Assembly (NCBI GenBank): GCA_052279835.1
Contig: CP181291.1
Span: 4,256,001 to 4,320,000, forward strand
DNA length: 64,000 bases
Origin: Microcoleus sp.
Lineage (GTDB): Bacteria; Cyanobacteriota; Cyanobacteriia; Cyanobacteriales; Microcoleaceae
Reading direction: 5' to 3'
In this document: positions 28,891-37,577 of the stretch, piece after piece
Layout: each line of letters starts with the position of its first letter
How positions within the stretch are numbered: the stretch's first letter is position 1
Notes under the pieces: generated by a model
Told to the model about the DNA's origin: nothing
The model's database searches: none
Seen by the model: the letters and a program-made list of their open reading frames with translations, nothing else
Made by a program: the position numbers and the translations under genes

Positions 28891-31275
28891 TTAATCGCAC
28901 TTTAAACCTGCCTCCGCAGCCGTTGCATACTTGATCGGAACAAATGTGACACGAAACCGTTCTTTCTCACACTTGACAATATGCACCAATTGGCTGGGAG
29001 GGTTTTGGCGATCGCCGTTCGCATCAAACTGAATAGTTCCCGTTCCTCCTTCGAGCTTAAAATCCGACAGAGAAAGCGTTTTATGCATTCCTTCGCGGCT
29101 GGGTTGCTCCTGCATTTCCATTGCCTTAATCAGTGCCGCAGTTGCATCATAAGCTAAGGCTGTATCAGTATTTACCGTTCCTCCCCACAGTTTTTGAGCC
29201 TGTTGAGGAAATCTTTTATTAACACTGCTTAAAGGATGCCAGGGGACAGATATGACTAATTTTTCAAAAGATTTTAGCTGGGATACCGCTTCTAAAGTTC
29301 TCCACTTGTAAAGTACCCAAATTCCGGCTATCCAATTGCGATCGCGGTTGGCTGTAATCATTGCAATCGCGTTATTTAATGAATTAGTAACTTGACCGTC
29401 TGGAGATAACACGATCGCTGTTTCTGCTGTTTGCTGGATTTCCTTTAAAGCTGTTGGGGCGTTGAATTCTTTTTTAGATAAATCGAAGTCGCGAATTCTG
29501 ACTATTTTTCCTTTTTGGTCATCTTGAAACTGCCTTTTGAAAGCCCGCGTAAAATAAGAACCAGAGGAACTGCCGGGATTGTATAAAACTGTCGCTTGAT
29601 TTTTGCCTGCTTCCATGAGATGTTTGGCTAAAGTTTGAGCTGCAAACCGAGTCGAATAGGATGTGCGAAAGAAAATCTTTCGATGCTTTTCTGTCAATTC
29701 TTCCGTTGTACTTGCCGGAGAAATCAGCACCAGGTTATTTTGGTCATAAATATCTACTGTTGATACTGTCATCTCGCTGGCATAGTGACCGACCACTCCT
29801 AAAATCTCCGGCTGTTTAACCAGTGAAGAGGCTATTTTGATTGCCTCTGTTTTGACATTCGCATCATCAGTAATTACAACTCTCAGACCTTTTCCCTTAA
29901 TAGATTTTGCTTGAATAAATTCTTGGCCTGGAAAGTTGGAATTTTTATCATTAGCATCTATTAGTCCTAAATTAACTTGTGTTTGGGCTTGAGCCACGCC
30001 GCGCAAAAGTTCTTTTGCCGAATCTGCATTAACTGAACCATTTTGATTTTTCAGGATGGGAACGGCAACAGCTATTGTGTAATAATCAGCATTTTTCGCC
30101 TTCAATAAGGCATTGTTCATGTAAATTAAAGTTTCGGGGTCGGTGCTGTCTTCCTCCTTCCAGGATTGTTTGAAAAAAGTAAAAGCTGATTGATAATTTG
30201 ATTTGGCAAACTCCTCAACACCCCTTTGCTTTAACCGAGGCGAAGAAGTTGTTACTAGGATTTCTTCACCACAACTCATCGCATCTCCCTGAATTGAAGG
30301 GCAGGTTTTTGGTTGAGAAAGATTGTGGATTACGAATGTTGCGACACTGACTAATATTGCGATCGCCACAAACAACCAAACTCTCCGCTTGGGTGGAGGT
30401 GGCGGTAAAGGTGGCTGCGGTATCTGCAATGGTGTTAGCGATCGCAAGTCGTGCAACACGTCACCAGCGGATTGATAGCGATCGTTAAAGTGGTAGCGCA
30501 CCATCCTGTTTAAGACTTTTTTGAGACTGCCGCTAATTTGGACGATGGGGCGATCGTCCGCCGAGTAGTGCCAGACGCGTTCGCCAGTTCTGGTATGAGG
30601 AAGAAGTTCATCAATATCTAACCCTGTAATGGCTTGAATAGCGATGATTCCCACAGCATAAATATCGCTGCACAATTTGGGTTGACCGTCTAATTGTTCG
30701 GGAGGGGCATATCCGCGCGTGCCGATAGTTGTGGTTTTAGTTTGTCCCGATGCAGTTATCTGCAAACTGCCAATCTCTTTGACAGCGCCAAAATCAATTA
30801 ACACAATTTGGCCGCTGTTGCGCCGGATTAAATTCGAGGGTGTGATGTCGCGGTGGATGACTCCGTTATCGTGGACAAATACGATAATTTCTAAGATTTC
30901 TCGCAATAATTGAGCGACTTGTGCTTCGCTCCACGGGCGATCCGAAATGAGTTCATCTTTTAAAGGATGTCCGTCAATATATTCCTGAACAATATAAAAT
31001 TTTTGCTGTTCTTGAAAATCATCGATGAGTTCGGGAATCTGCAAATGACGACCTAAGAGTTCCAGACTGCTGGCTTCTCTTTTAAATAGTTTTTGTGCTT
31101 TTTGTGTGACTCGCGCATCGTTAGATTGAGGTGGTAGAATTTCCTTGACGACGCACAAGGGAGTTGCCGGCGCCTGCATATCATTAGCCGTATAGGTAAT
31201 CGCAAACCCTCCCTTACCCAAAATACCGACAATTTGGTAGCGATTTTGCAGGATATGCCCTGGATTGAGACACAT
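28891..31275 (-). CDS. Ser/Thr kinase fused via TM helix to a branched-chain-amino-acid-type (class I) substrate-binding domain
   Basis: LGKGGF, HRDITPSN, DFG, APPEQ; poly-Pro + TM; ELLRGVAQAQ, GVVGHYAS, LISPAST, TALAYDA, GTIQFDANGDR. Confidence 0.9.
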   Translation of the reverse strand: MCLNPGHILQNRYQIVGILGKGGFAITYTANDMQAPATPLCVVKEILPPQSNDARVTQKAQKLFKREASSLELLGRHLQIPELIDDFQEQQKFYIVQEYIDGHPLKDELISDRPWSEAQVAQLLREILEIIVFVHDNGVIHRDITPSNLIRRNSGQIVLIDFGAVKEIGSLQITASGQTKTTTIGTRGYAPPEQLDGQPKLCSDIYAVGIIAIQAITGLDIDELLPHTRTGERVWHYSADDRPIVQISGSLKKVLNRMVRYHFNDRYQSAGDVLHDLRSLTPLQIPQPPLPPPPPKRRVWLFVAIAILVSVATFVIHNLSQPKTCPSIQGDAMSCGEEILVTTSSPRLKQRGVEEFAKSNYQSAFTFFKQSWKEEDSTDPETLIYMNNALLKAKNADYYTIAVAVPILKNQNGSVNADSAKELLRGVAQAQTQVNLGLIDANDKNSNFPGQEFIQAKSIKGKGLRVVITDDANVKTEAIKIASSLVKQPEILGVVGHYASEMTVSTVDIYDQNNLVLISPASTTEELTEKHRKIFFRTSYSTRFAAQTLAKHLMEAGKNQATVLYNPGSSSGSYFTRAFKRQFQDDQKGKIVRIRDFDLSKKEFNAPTALKEIQQTAETAIVLSPDGQVTNSLNNAIAMITANRDRNWIAGIWVLYKWRTLEAVSQLKSFEKLVISVPWHPLSSVNKRFPQQAQKLWGGTVNTDTALAYDATAALIKAMEMQEQPSREGMHKTLSLSDFKLEGGTGTIQFDANGDRQNPPSQLVHIVKCEKERFRVTFVPIKYATAAEAGLKCD

Positions 31276-31370
31276 AAATTTTTTGGTGCTTTGCGAGAAT
31301 CTGCGATCGACCTTGGGATAGATTTTACTATATTAGGGCGATCGGGCGATCGCAAATTCCGCCATTGATA

Positions 31371-32210
31371 TCAACCATTAAAATTCAACAGCCAAAACCC
31401 AGTGTAAGTCATCCCACTATCATCGGGTTGCACCAACAAAAAATGCAATCCTTTACTCAACTGCTTACGCTGTTCATAAATTTTAGCAGCCTGTTTCACC
31501 TCATCATCTGCAAAAGTAGCAACCACAAATCTATCTGCTAAGCCAGCTTCCAAAATCAACCCATCGGGAGCTCCAGCAATATAATTTAAACTGAAAGGAT
31601 TAGCATCCTGAAGCCACCTAGCCAAACGCATCGACTGTCGCCCGCCGTCAATTATCACTCCGGGTACAGGTACTGTTGAGGCCAAGCCCAAATTCAGCGG
31701 TAATAATGATGTTGGCATTTCCAAAATTGGCAGGGGACGCCCTGTAAAAGCCTCTACAATATCGCCGGCGGGTAGGGAAGCAAAACGCCAGCTATCGCCC
31801 CACAAGTTTTCTGGTAAAGGTAGGGGGGGCGGTGACTCAAGGGCGATCGCACTGTAGGTTTCGCCAGTATAATTAGGCATAGTCGAATATGCTTTAGCCC
31901 GTTCTTCTAGCAGCAATTTCAGGGCTGGGGTGCACCGAGTTGCTTCTACTTTGATGCCCAAAACTTTGCCCGCAGCTTCGATTAAACTGAGAGATTGAGG
32001 TCTAAATACTTGAAGGCGATCGGGCTTTTTTTCCAGTTGAATTTGCTGTTGCAACTGCTGGGCCAGCCAAGTAGAATTAGCTGCCGATTGGCTACAAACA
32101 GCGCTAAAAGTAAAATTCCTCGCCGCATCGCAAATCAATAGTTCCCACAGTGGTTTTCCCGCTTCGTCTCGGAGGGGGCGACGGTAAAAATCGGCTTGCC
32201 AAATTTGCAT
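31371..32210 (-). CDS. Tab2/Atab2 family RNA-binding protein
   Basis: WQADFYRRP..WELLICD, FRPQSL, LWGDSWRF, GLHFLLVQPDDSG..GFWLL. Confidence 0.88.
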   Translation of the reverse strand: MQIWQADFYRRPLRDEAGKPLWELLICDAARNFTFSAVCSQSAANSTWLAQQLQQQIQLEKKPDRLQVFRPQSLSLIEAAGKVLGIKVEATRCTPALKLLLEERAKAYSTMPNYTGETYSAIALESPPPLPLPENLWGDSWRFASLPAGDIVEAFTGRPLPILEMPTSLLPLNLGLASTVPVPGVIIDGGRQSMRLARWLQDANPFSLNYIAGAPDGLILEAGLADRFVVATFADDEVKQAAKIYEQRKQLSKGLHFLLVQPDDSGMTYTGFWLLNFNG

Positions 32211-32396
32211 AATTACTTTTAAAATTAATTCAACAGCTTTATTATTTTAATCTAAATCTGCAACACTCAAGTCATTTAAGTAAATCCAACTAATTAAACG
32301 TAAGATACAGGTGGCTAAAAAGCTTGCTTTATGAGCATTCTTCACATCGCTCTTCCCTTGGGGGGCAGGGGGGGGTGACTTCTTCACATCGATATT

Positions 32397-33620
32397 CTAC
32401 TTAATTCCGCGAACTAAATACATATCAAGTTCGCCCTTATTTTTAGCAACAATTTTGCCTCGGTGTTCGCATTCAAAAAAATCTTTGACTAATTCAAAGG
32501 TAGCGTGAGAGATATTTATATTTCCCGGTACCCCGGAAGATTCCATCCGAGATGCGGTATTAACCGTGTCTCCCCACACATCATAGGTAAACTTTTTATT
32601 GCCAATTACTCCCGCTAGCAAAGGACCGGAATGAATGCCGATGCGAATATCCCAATAGGGAATGTTTTGAGCAGATTTCTCCTGTTTTCGCAGTTCCATG
32701 AACTGAAGAATTTCTAGGGCAGCCTGCACCGATTCAATGGCGTGTGTAGGGCTGGGTTGAGGAATTCCTGATGCACACATATAGCTGTCGCCAATGGTTT
32801 TCAATTTTTCCAATCCATATTTATCCACCACCATATCGAAATAAGAAAAACAATAGTCAAGTTCGTCAACTAACTCTCGCGGTGTCATTTTTTCGGATAA
32901 TTGAGTAAAGCCTTTGAAATCGGTAAATAAAACCGATACTTCGTCATAATGAACTGGTTCGACTTTGCCGTTAATTTTGAGTTCGTTGGCAATGTCGAGC
33001 GGGAGTACATTCAAAAGTAGCTTGTCTGATGTTTGTTTCTCGGCATCAAGTTGGGAATAGAGCCTATTAATCTCTTGGAAGCGTTCCGCATTGCGGATAG
33101 CTGAGGATACTTGCAAAGCTAAAAGATAGCCAATCCGTACATCTTCTTGGTTATAACAACGTGGTTTAGTTGTCGCAAAAATAATTGTCCCCAAAATTTT
33201 ACCTTCGCTTGCCAAAGGAATGATGATTTGGGAGGCGTAGCTGGACAAAACACCAGCAGGAAATCCTTCGTGAATTAGTTGGGGTTGGGCTGTTTTGAAG
33301 GCTTTTTTGATGGGGCCATTTTCTGGGAGGCTATTAATATCTAAATTGATGGCTTTGCCAAACAGTGTGGTGCAAGAGTTGATGCTGTGCAGGCAAATGC
33401 TACAGTGTTCAAAATCTAGCAGCCATTTGGCTTGCTTGCCTACTACTCGAAAAATTAAATTGATATCGAGAGTGCTGTTAATTGCGGTAGCAATTTCATT
33501 GACGGCAGCAATGCGCGTGGACAGGGACTGAGCTTCTGCTAATAAGCTGCGGGCTGTTAGCAACAGTTCTTCCCGGTCTTGATCTTCTAATCGATGACCC
33601 ATCTTAGGGGCGTGGGACAT
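32397..33620 (-). CDS. GAF-domain class III adenylate/guanylate cyclase
   Basis: LLLNVLP, VLFTDFKGFT, KLKTIGDSYM, RIGIHSG, YDVWGDTVNTASRMES (K/D specificity residues indicate ATP). Confidence 0.93.
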   Translation of the reverse strand: MSHAPKMGHRLEDQDREELLLTARSLLAEAQSLSTRIAAVNEIATAINSTLDINLIFRVVGKQAKWLLDFEHCSICLHSINSCTTLFGKAINLDINSLPENGPIKKAFKTAQPQLIHEGFPAGVLSSYASQIIIPLASEGKILGTIIFATTKPRCYNQEDVRIGYLLALQVSSAIRNAERFQEINRLYSQLDAEKQTSDKLLLNVLPLDIANELKINGKVEPVHYDEVSVLFTDFKGFTQLSEKMTPRELVDELDYCFSYFDMVVDKYGLEKLKTIGDSYMCASGIPQPSPTHAIESVQAALEILQFMELRKQEKSAQNIPYWDIRIGIHSGPLLAGVIGNKKFTYDVWGDTVNTASRMESSGVPGNINISHATFELVKDFFECEHRGKIVAKNKGELDMYLVRGIK

Positions 33621-33623
33621 AGA

Positions 33624-34166
33624 TCACAGAGCATCTATTTCGAGGTCAATAGCATCAGTATATCTGTTGACACTGCTAAACAAATCTGCGGTGGCAATCA
33701 ATTCAAAAATTTCTCCATCATCTAGTCCTAAATCCCGTAGGTTTTGGTAGTGAGTTGCTGTGAGTTCCTGGGGGTTGGTGGCGGCTTGCAAACCAAAGCT
33801 GATTACGGCTTTTTCACGAGCGGGCAGGGGGCAGTTGGCAAAGTCTGAAACCAGCAGCCGCAGGACTTCTTCGCTGATTCCCAAAGCTGAGAGTCCGTGG
33901 AGGTGAACTTTTAAGGCGTACTCGCTATTATTTGCTTGGGAAATGGCGACTCCGATCATTTCCTTGAGGGTGCGCGGTACGTCTCCTTGGAGAATTGTAG
34001 AGCGGAATTTTTTCCAGTTGGCTTCTAATAAGTCTGGGTTGGTGGCCATTGACTTGAACAGGTTGGGTACGATGCCAAACCCCAGTTCTGTCAAGATTTG
34101 GTCATATACTGCTTGAGCTTTTGGATCGGTGAGTTGTTCGTATTCTGCGATCGGAAAGTGTGTCAT
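33624..34166 (-). CDS. Carboxymuconolactone decarboxylase / AhpD-like protein
   Basis: GIVPNLFKSMA, PRTLKEMIGVAISQANNSEYALKVH (SxxA in place of CxxC). Confidence 0.8.
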   Translation of the reverse strand: MTHFPIAEYEQLTDPKAQAVYDQILTELGFGIVPNLFKSMATNPDLLEANWKKFRSTILQGDVPRTLKEMIGVAISQANNSEYALKVHLHGLSALGISEEVLRLLVSDFANCPLPAREKAVISFGLQAATNPQELTATHYQNLRDLGLDDGEIFELIATADLFSSVNRYTDAIDLEIDAL

Positions 34167-34266
34167 GTGTATAATAATTGTGACTGCGGTTAATCTTGAT
34201 AAAAAGTTATACCTAAATCAATCTGGGTTTATTATAACTATTGCAATTTTGAATAGCTATGTTAAT

Positions 34267-34312
34267 TGCTGACAAGATCTGGATTTTTGTATTGTTCCAG
34301 ATCTTGTCAGCA
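34267..34312. promoter_or_regulatory. Perfect 17-bp inverted repeat in divergent intergenic region
   Basis: TGCTGACAAGATCTGGA-N12-TCCAGATCTTGTCAGCA. Confidence 0.6.
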
Positions 34313-34496
34313 TTGTTGTAATTTTTAATAAAACTTGTATAAGATTACGACTTTTGATAGATGGCAATATTTTGCTTATGGTATAAAGTTAAAAGCCGAT
34401 CGCGAATTTAGTTTAAGGGCTAGTTGCTAGTTTTCACCTGCAAACAAGGTTATGATGGGTAGACTGTAAACTTTTATCCTTGTCGCTGCATTTGCT

Positions 34497-35804
34497 ATGA
34501 ACCCTGCCCTCACTCAATTTGGCACTCAGATGTCCCACCTCACCGGAGTTAGGGCAATTATGAAAGACATTATTGAAACCCTCAGAGCCGGTACCGGGCA
34601 GGAGTTTATTAATTTGAGTGCCGGCAATCCAGTGATTTTGCCGGAAGTCGAGCAGTTGTGGCGCGATTGTACTGCGGAACTTTTGGCGAGTGCGGAATAC
34701 GGTGAGGTGGTTTGTCGCTACGGTTCGAGTCAAGGCTATCAGCCGTTGATTGATGCTGTGCGGGATGATTTTAATCGACGCTACGGACTGAGTTTGACCG
34801 ATCGCAACATCTTGATAACTCCCGGTAGTCAATCGATCTATTTCTACGCAGCCAATGCCTTCGGCGGCTACACCGCACCCCCCCCATCCCCCCCTTACCA
34901 AGGGGGGGTGAGGGGGGGTAGCCTCAAACATATTGTTTTGCCCTTGAGCCCGGATTATACGGGTTATGGTGGAGTCAGCTTGATTCCCGAAGCCGTAATT
35001 GCTTGCAAACCAACTCTGGATATTGATGCGCCCGCTCATCGGTTTAAATATCGCCCGGATTTCAGTCAGTTGTCGATCGATGAAACTTCCGGCTGCGTAA
35101 TATTTTCTCGTCCCTGCAACCCCACTGGCAATGTTCTCACCGATGACGAAGTGAAGAAAATTGCAGCCATGGCTAGTGTTTTTGATGTGCCAGTTTTGAT
35201 TGATTCTGCCTACGGGCCTCCGTTCCCAGCTTTGAATTATACTGAGATGACTCCGATTTTTGGTGAAAATATTATCCACTGCATGAGTTTGTCGAAAGCG
35301 GGATTACCGGGAGAAAGAATCGGAATTGCGATCGGAGATGAAAAGATTATTCAAGTTTTACAATCTTTTCAGACGAATATGTGCATTCACTCGCCGAGAT
35401 ACGGACAGGCGATCGCGGCGCGGGCGATTAATTCTGGGGCTTTGGCTGACATTGGTGTCAATGTCATCCGGCCTTATTATCAAAGTAAATTTGATGTAGT
35501 TGAAACAACCCTAGAACAAGCAATGCCGAAAGATTTGCCGTGGTTTTTGCACCGTGGCGAAGGAGCAATCTTTGCGTGGTTGTGGCTGAAAGATTTGCCA
35601 ATGACAGATTGGGAATTTTATCAACAATTGAAGCAAGTCGGTGTGATTCTCGTGCCCGGAAGTTCTTTCTTCCCTGGTTTGCGGGAAGATTGGCGGCACA
35701 AGCAGGAGTGTTTGCGGATTAGTTTGACTGCGACTAATCAGGAGATTGAAACTGCGATGAAACGTTTGGCTCAAATGGTGGAAAAAGTCTATCAGGGTAA
35801 ATAG
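34497..35804 (+). CDS. avtA: Valine--pyruvate transaminase
   Basis: LSAGNP, SRPCNPTGNV, DSAYGPPFP, SLSKAGLPGERIG (PLP Lys), EGAIFAWLW. Confidence 0.92.
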   Translation: MNPALTQFGTQMSHLTGVRAIMKDIIETLRAGTGQEFINLSAGNPVILPEVEQLWRDCTAELLASAEYGEVVCRYGSSQGYQPLIDAVRDDFNRRYGLSLTDRNILITPGSQSIYFYAANAFGGYTAPPPSPPYQGGVRGGSLKHIVLPLSPDYTGYGGVSLIPEAVIACKPTLDIDAPAHRFKYRPDFSQLSIDETSGCVIFSRPCNPTGNVLTDDEVKKIAAMASVFDVPVLIDSAYGPPFPALNYTEMTPIFGENIIHCMSLSKAGLPGERIGIAIGDEKIIQVLQSFQTNMCIHSPRYGQAIAARAINSGALADIGVNVIRPYYQSKFDVVETTLEQAMPKDLPWFLHRGEGAIFAWLWLKDLPMTDWEFYQQLKQVGVILVPGSSFFPGLREDWRHKQECLRISLTATNQEIETAMKRLAQMVEKVYQGK

Positions 35805-35920
35805 TTTTAATCGCGGTTAAATCAGTTAGGGCAACCGCCTTGGCTGTTAAGGTGGTTTTTTCCCCTAGCGGAGTCGAAGGGAACAAGGAAGAAAGCACCT
35901 TGACGGTTGTTATATCAAAT

Positions 35921-35961
35921 AAAAAATACCCCACTAATTTATCGGTGGGGTATTTTTTTTT
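35921..35961. terminator. Bidirectional intrinsic terminator
   Basis: AAAAAATACCCCAC..GTGGGGTATTTTTTTTT between convergent genes. Confidence 0.8.
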
Positions 35962-35965
35962 AAGC

Positions 35966-37114
35966 TCAAATTGCCAATGGGTTGTGGGATATCCAACACT
36001 CCTGAATTGCTTGTAAAGCTTCTGTTGCTGATGGGTAGCGCTGGGGGAAATCGTACAGTATCATCCGGTCTAAAACCTTAGCAAATTCTGGGCTAACTTG
36101 TGCATTTTGCCGCCAGATGAGATTTCCGATATTATCAACTTTGAATTGTTTTGGCTTCATTCCTGTTAAGGCTTGAATGCCGATGATACCGACAGCATAG
36201 ATGTCGCTGCACAATTTTGGGGAACCGATGGCTTGTTCGGGGGGAATATAATCCTGTTGAGTCCCACCACGGGATTTCGTTTGACCGATGTTTTGCTGCC
36301 AATTACTAATTTCTTTGACTGAGCCAAAGTCAATTAAGACTATTTTGCGATCGGATGTACGTCTGATTAAGTTTTGAGGGTGAACGTCGCGGTGAATTAT
36401 ATCTCGTTGGTGAACAAAAACCAGAATTTCTAAGATGTCTCGCAATAAAGCAATAACTTGATGTTCTTCCCAAGGTTTACTTTCGATCAATTCTTGAGAC
36501 AGGGGTTGTCCTTCGATGAATTGATAGACTAAATAAAAATATCCATCTTCTTCAAAACGAGCTAATAATTCCGGGATGCGATCGTGTTGACCTAGGCTAT
36601 ATAAAACTCGTGTTTCTCGATCGAATAAATGGCTGGTTCTGTCAGACTGGCTTTTCAGGCGCTTGACGAGACACAAAGGGCGATCGGGTAAGTTTTCATC
36701 TTCAGCTAGATAGGTATCGCTGTACTCGGTACTCACCAAATGTTCGGTGATGCGGTAACGCATCCGCATCAGTTTTTCTAACATCGGCTCGCCCGGTTTA
36801 GGGGGTTGTCTACCTTGTTGTGATGCTCTCATGATGCAGTCCCAGAGATTTGCTGCAACTACTCTTTCTTCTTGTCCAATAATTTCTGCTTCTCTCAGTA
36901 CCTTTGTGAGATCTTTCCATAAATTGTAACCGACGTAGCGACTTAGGTAGCCCACTGTGTAACCGCGGGCGATCGGATCGTTTTGCTGAATTTCTTGGTA
37001 TGTCCAAGACTGTAAAACACCGCGAATTATCGCTTGCTGCAACCGAGTCAAGGATTTTTTGGTTGATTTTTCTACCAAATTGTCCACAAGATTAATGGCT
37101 TCTTCTATGGTCAT
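35966..37114 (-). CDS. Ser/Thr kinase-like protein with N-terminal HTH-like domain
   Basis: LTRLQQAIIRGVLQSWTYQEI..GYNLWKDLT N-domain; LVKRL, HRDVHPQN, DFG, PPEQ; Gly-rich loop degenerate. Confidence 0.8.
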   Translation of the reverse strand: MTIEEAINLVDNLVEKSTKKSLTRLQQAIIRGVLQSWTYQEIQQNDPIARGYTVGYLSRYVGYNLWKDLTKVLREAEIIGQEERVVAANLWDCIMRASQQGRQPPKPGEPMLEKLMRMRYRITEHLVSTEYSDTYLAEDENLPDRPLCLVKRLKSQSDRTSHLFDRETRVLYSLGQHDRIPELLARFEEDGYFYLVYQFIEGQPLSQELIESKPWEEHQVIALLRDILEILVFVHQRDIIHRDVHPQNLIRRTSDRKIVLIDFGSVKEISNWQQNIGQTKSRGGTQQDYIPPEQAIGSPKLCSDIYAVGIIGIQALTGMKPKQFKVDNIGNLIWRQNAQVSPEFAKVLDRMILYDFPQRYPSATEALQAIQECWISHNPLAI

Positions 37115-37194
37115 AGCTTTAGCTGTTTAGTGATTTGTAGTCGATACTTGATTTTCTGAAATAGCAATTTTCAATAGATCGGGTATAACTTTTT

Positions 37195-37299
37195 ATATCG
37201 ATTCCGGTTGTATGGGAATTATTTAACCGCAGAGTACGCAGAGGAAGCAGAGTAGGGGGAGAGAGAGATGAATGGTTCCGAAATCAAGGGATTTGATAT
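37195..37299 (+). mobile_element. ~104-bp MITE-like element
   Basis: ATATCGATTCCGGTTG...GGGATTTGATAT, same family as 18980 and 46699. Confidence 0.7.
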
Positions 37300-37577
37300 T
37301 ACTTGTCCATCACCAAGTATGGATTGCTTTGCGATCGGACCTGGGAAAATCGCTATGTTTAAGTTATACATGATTTAACTTAATTTTGATATTTGGTCTC
37401 TTTTTTGAAATATATTTTTACAAATATGAGTTTTATGACTTTAAAGTTATGACTTTTATGAATTGACATTATCAGCAGTTTCGACAACTATATCAATTAC
37501 AAGTTTTCACGAGGAAAGAGATTCGCGATCGCCAATTTAACTATAGCCAATTTAACCAGAATCTTTAGAGGTGCATT

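Noticed and set aside
34434..35279. 281-aa antisense ORF
   Set aside because: Shadow of avtA on the opposite strand, with no motifs
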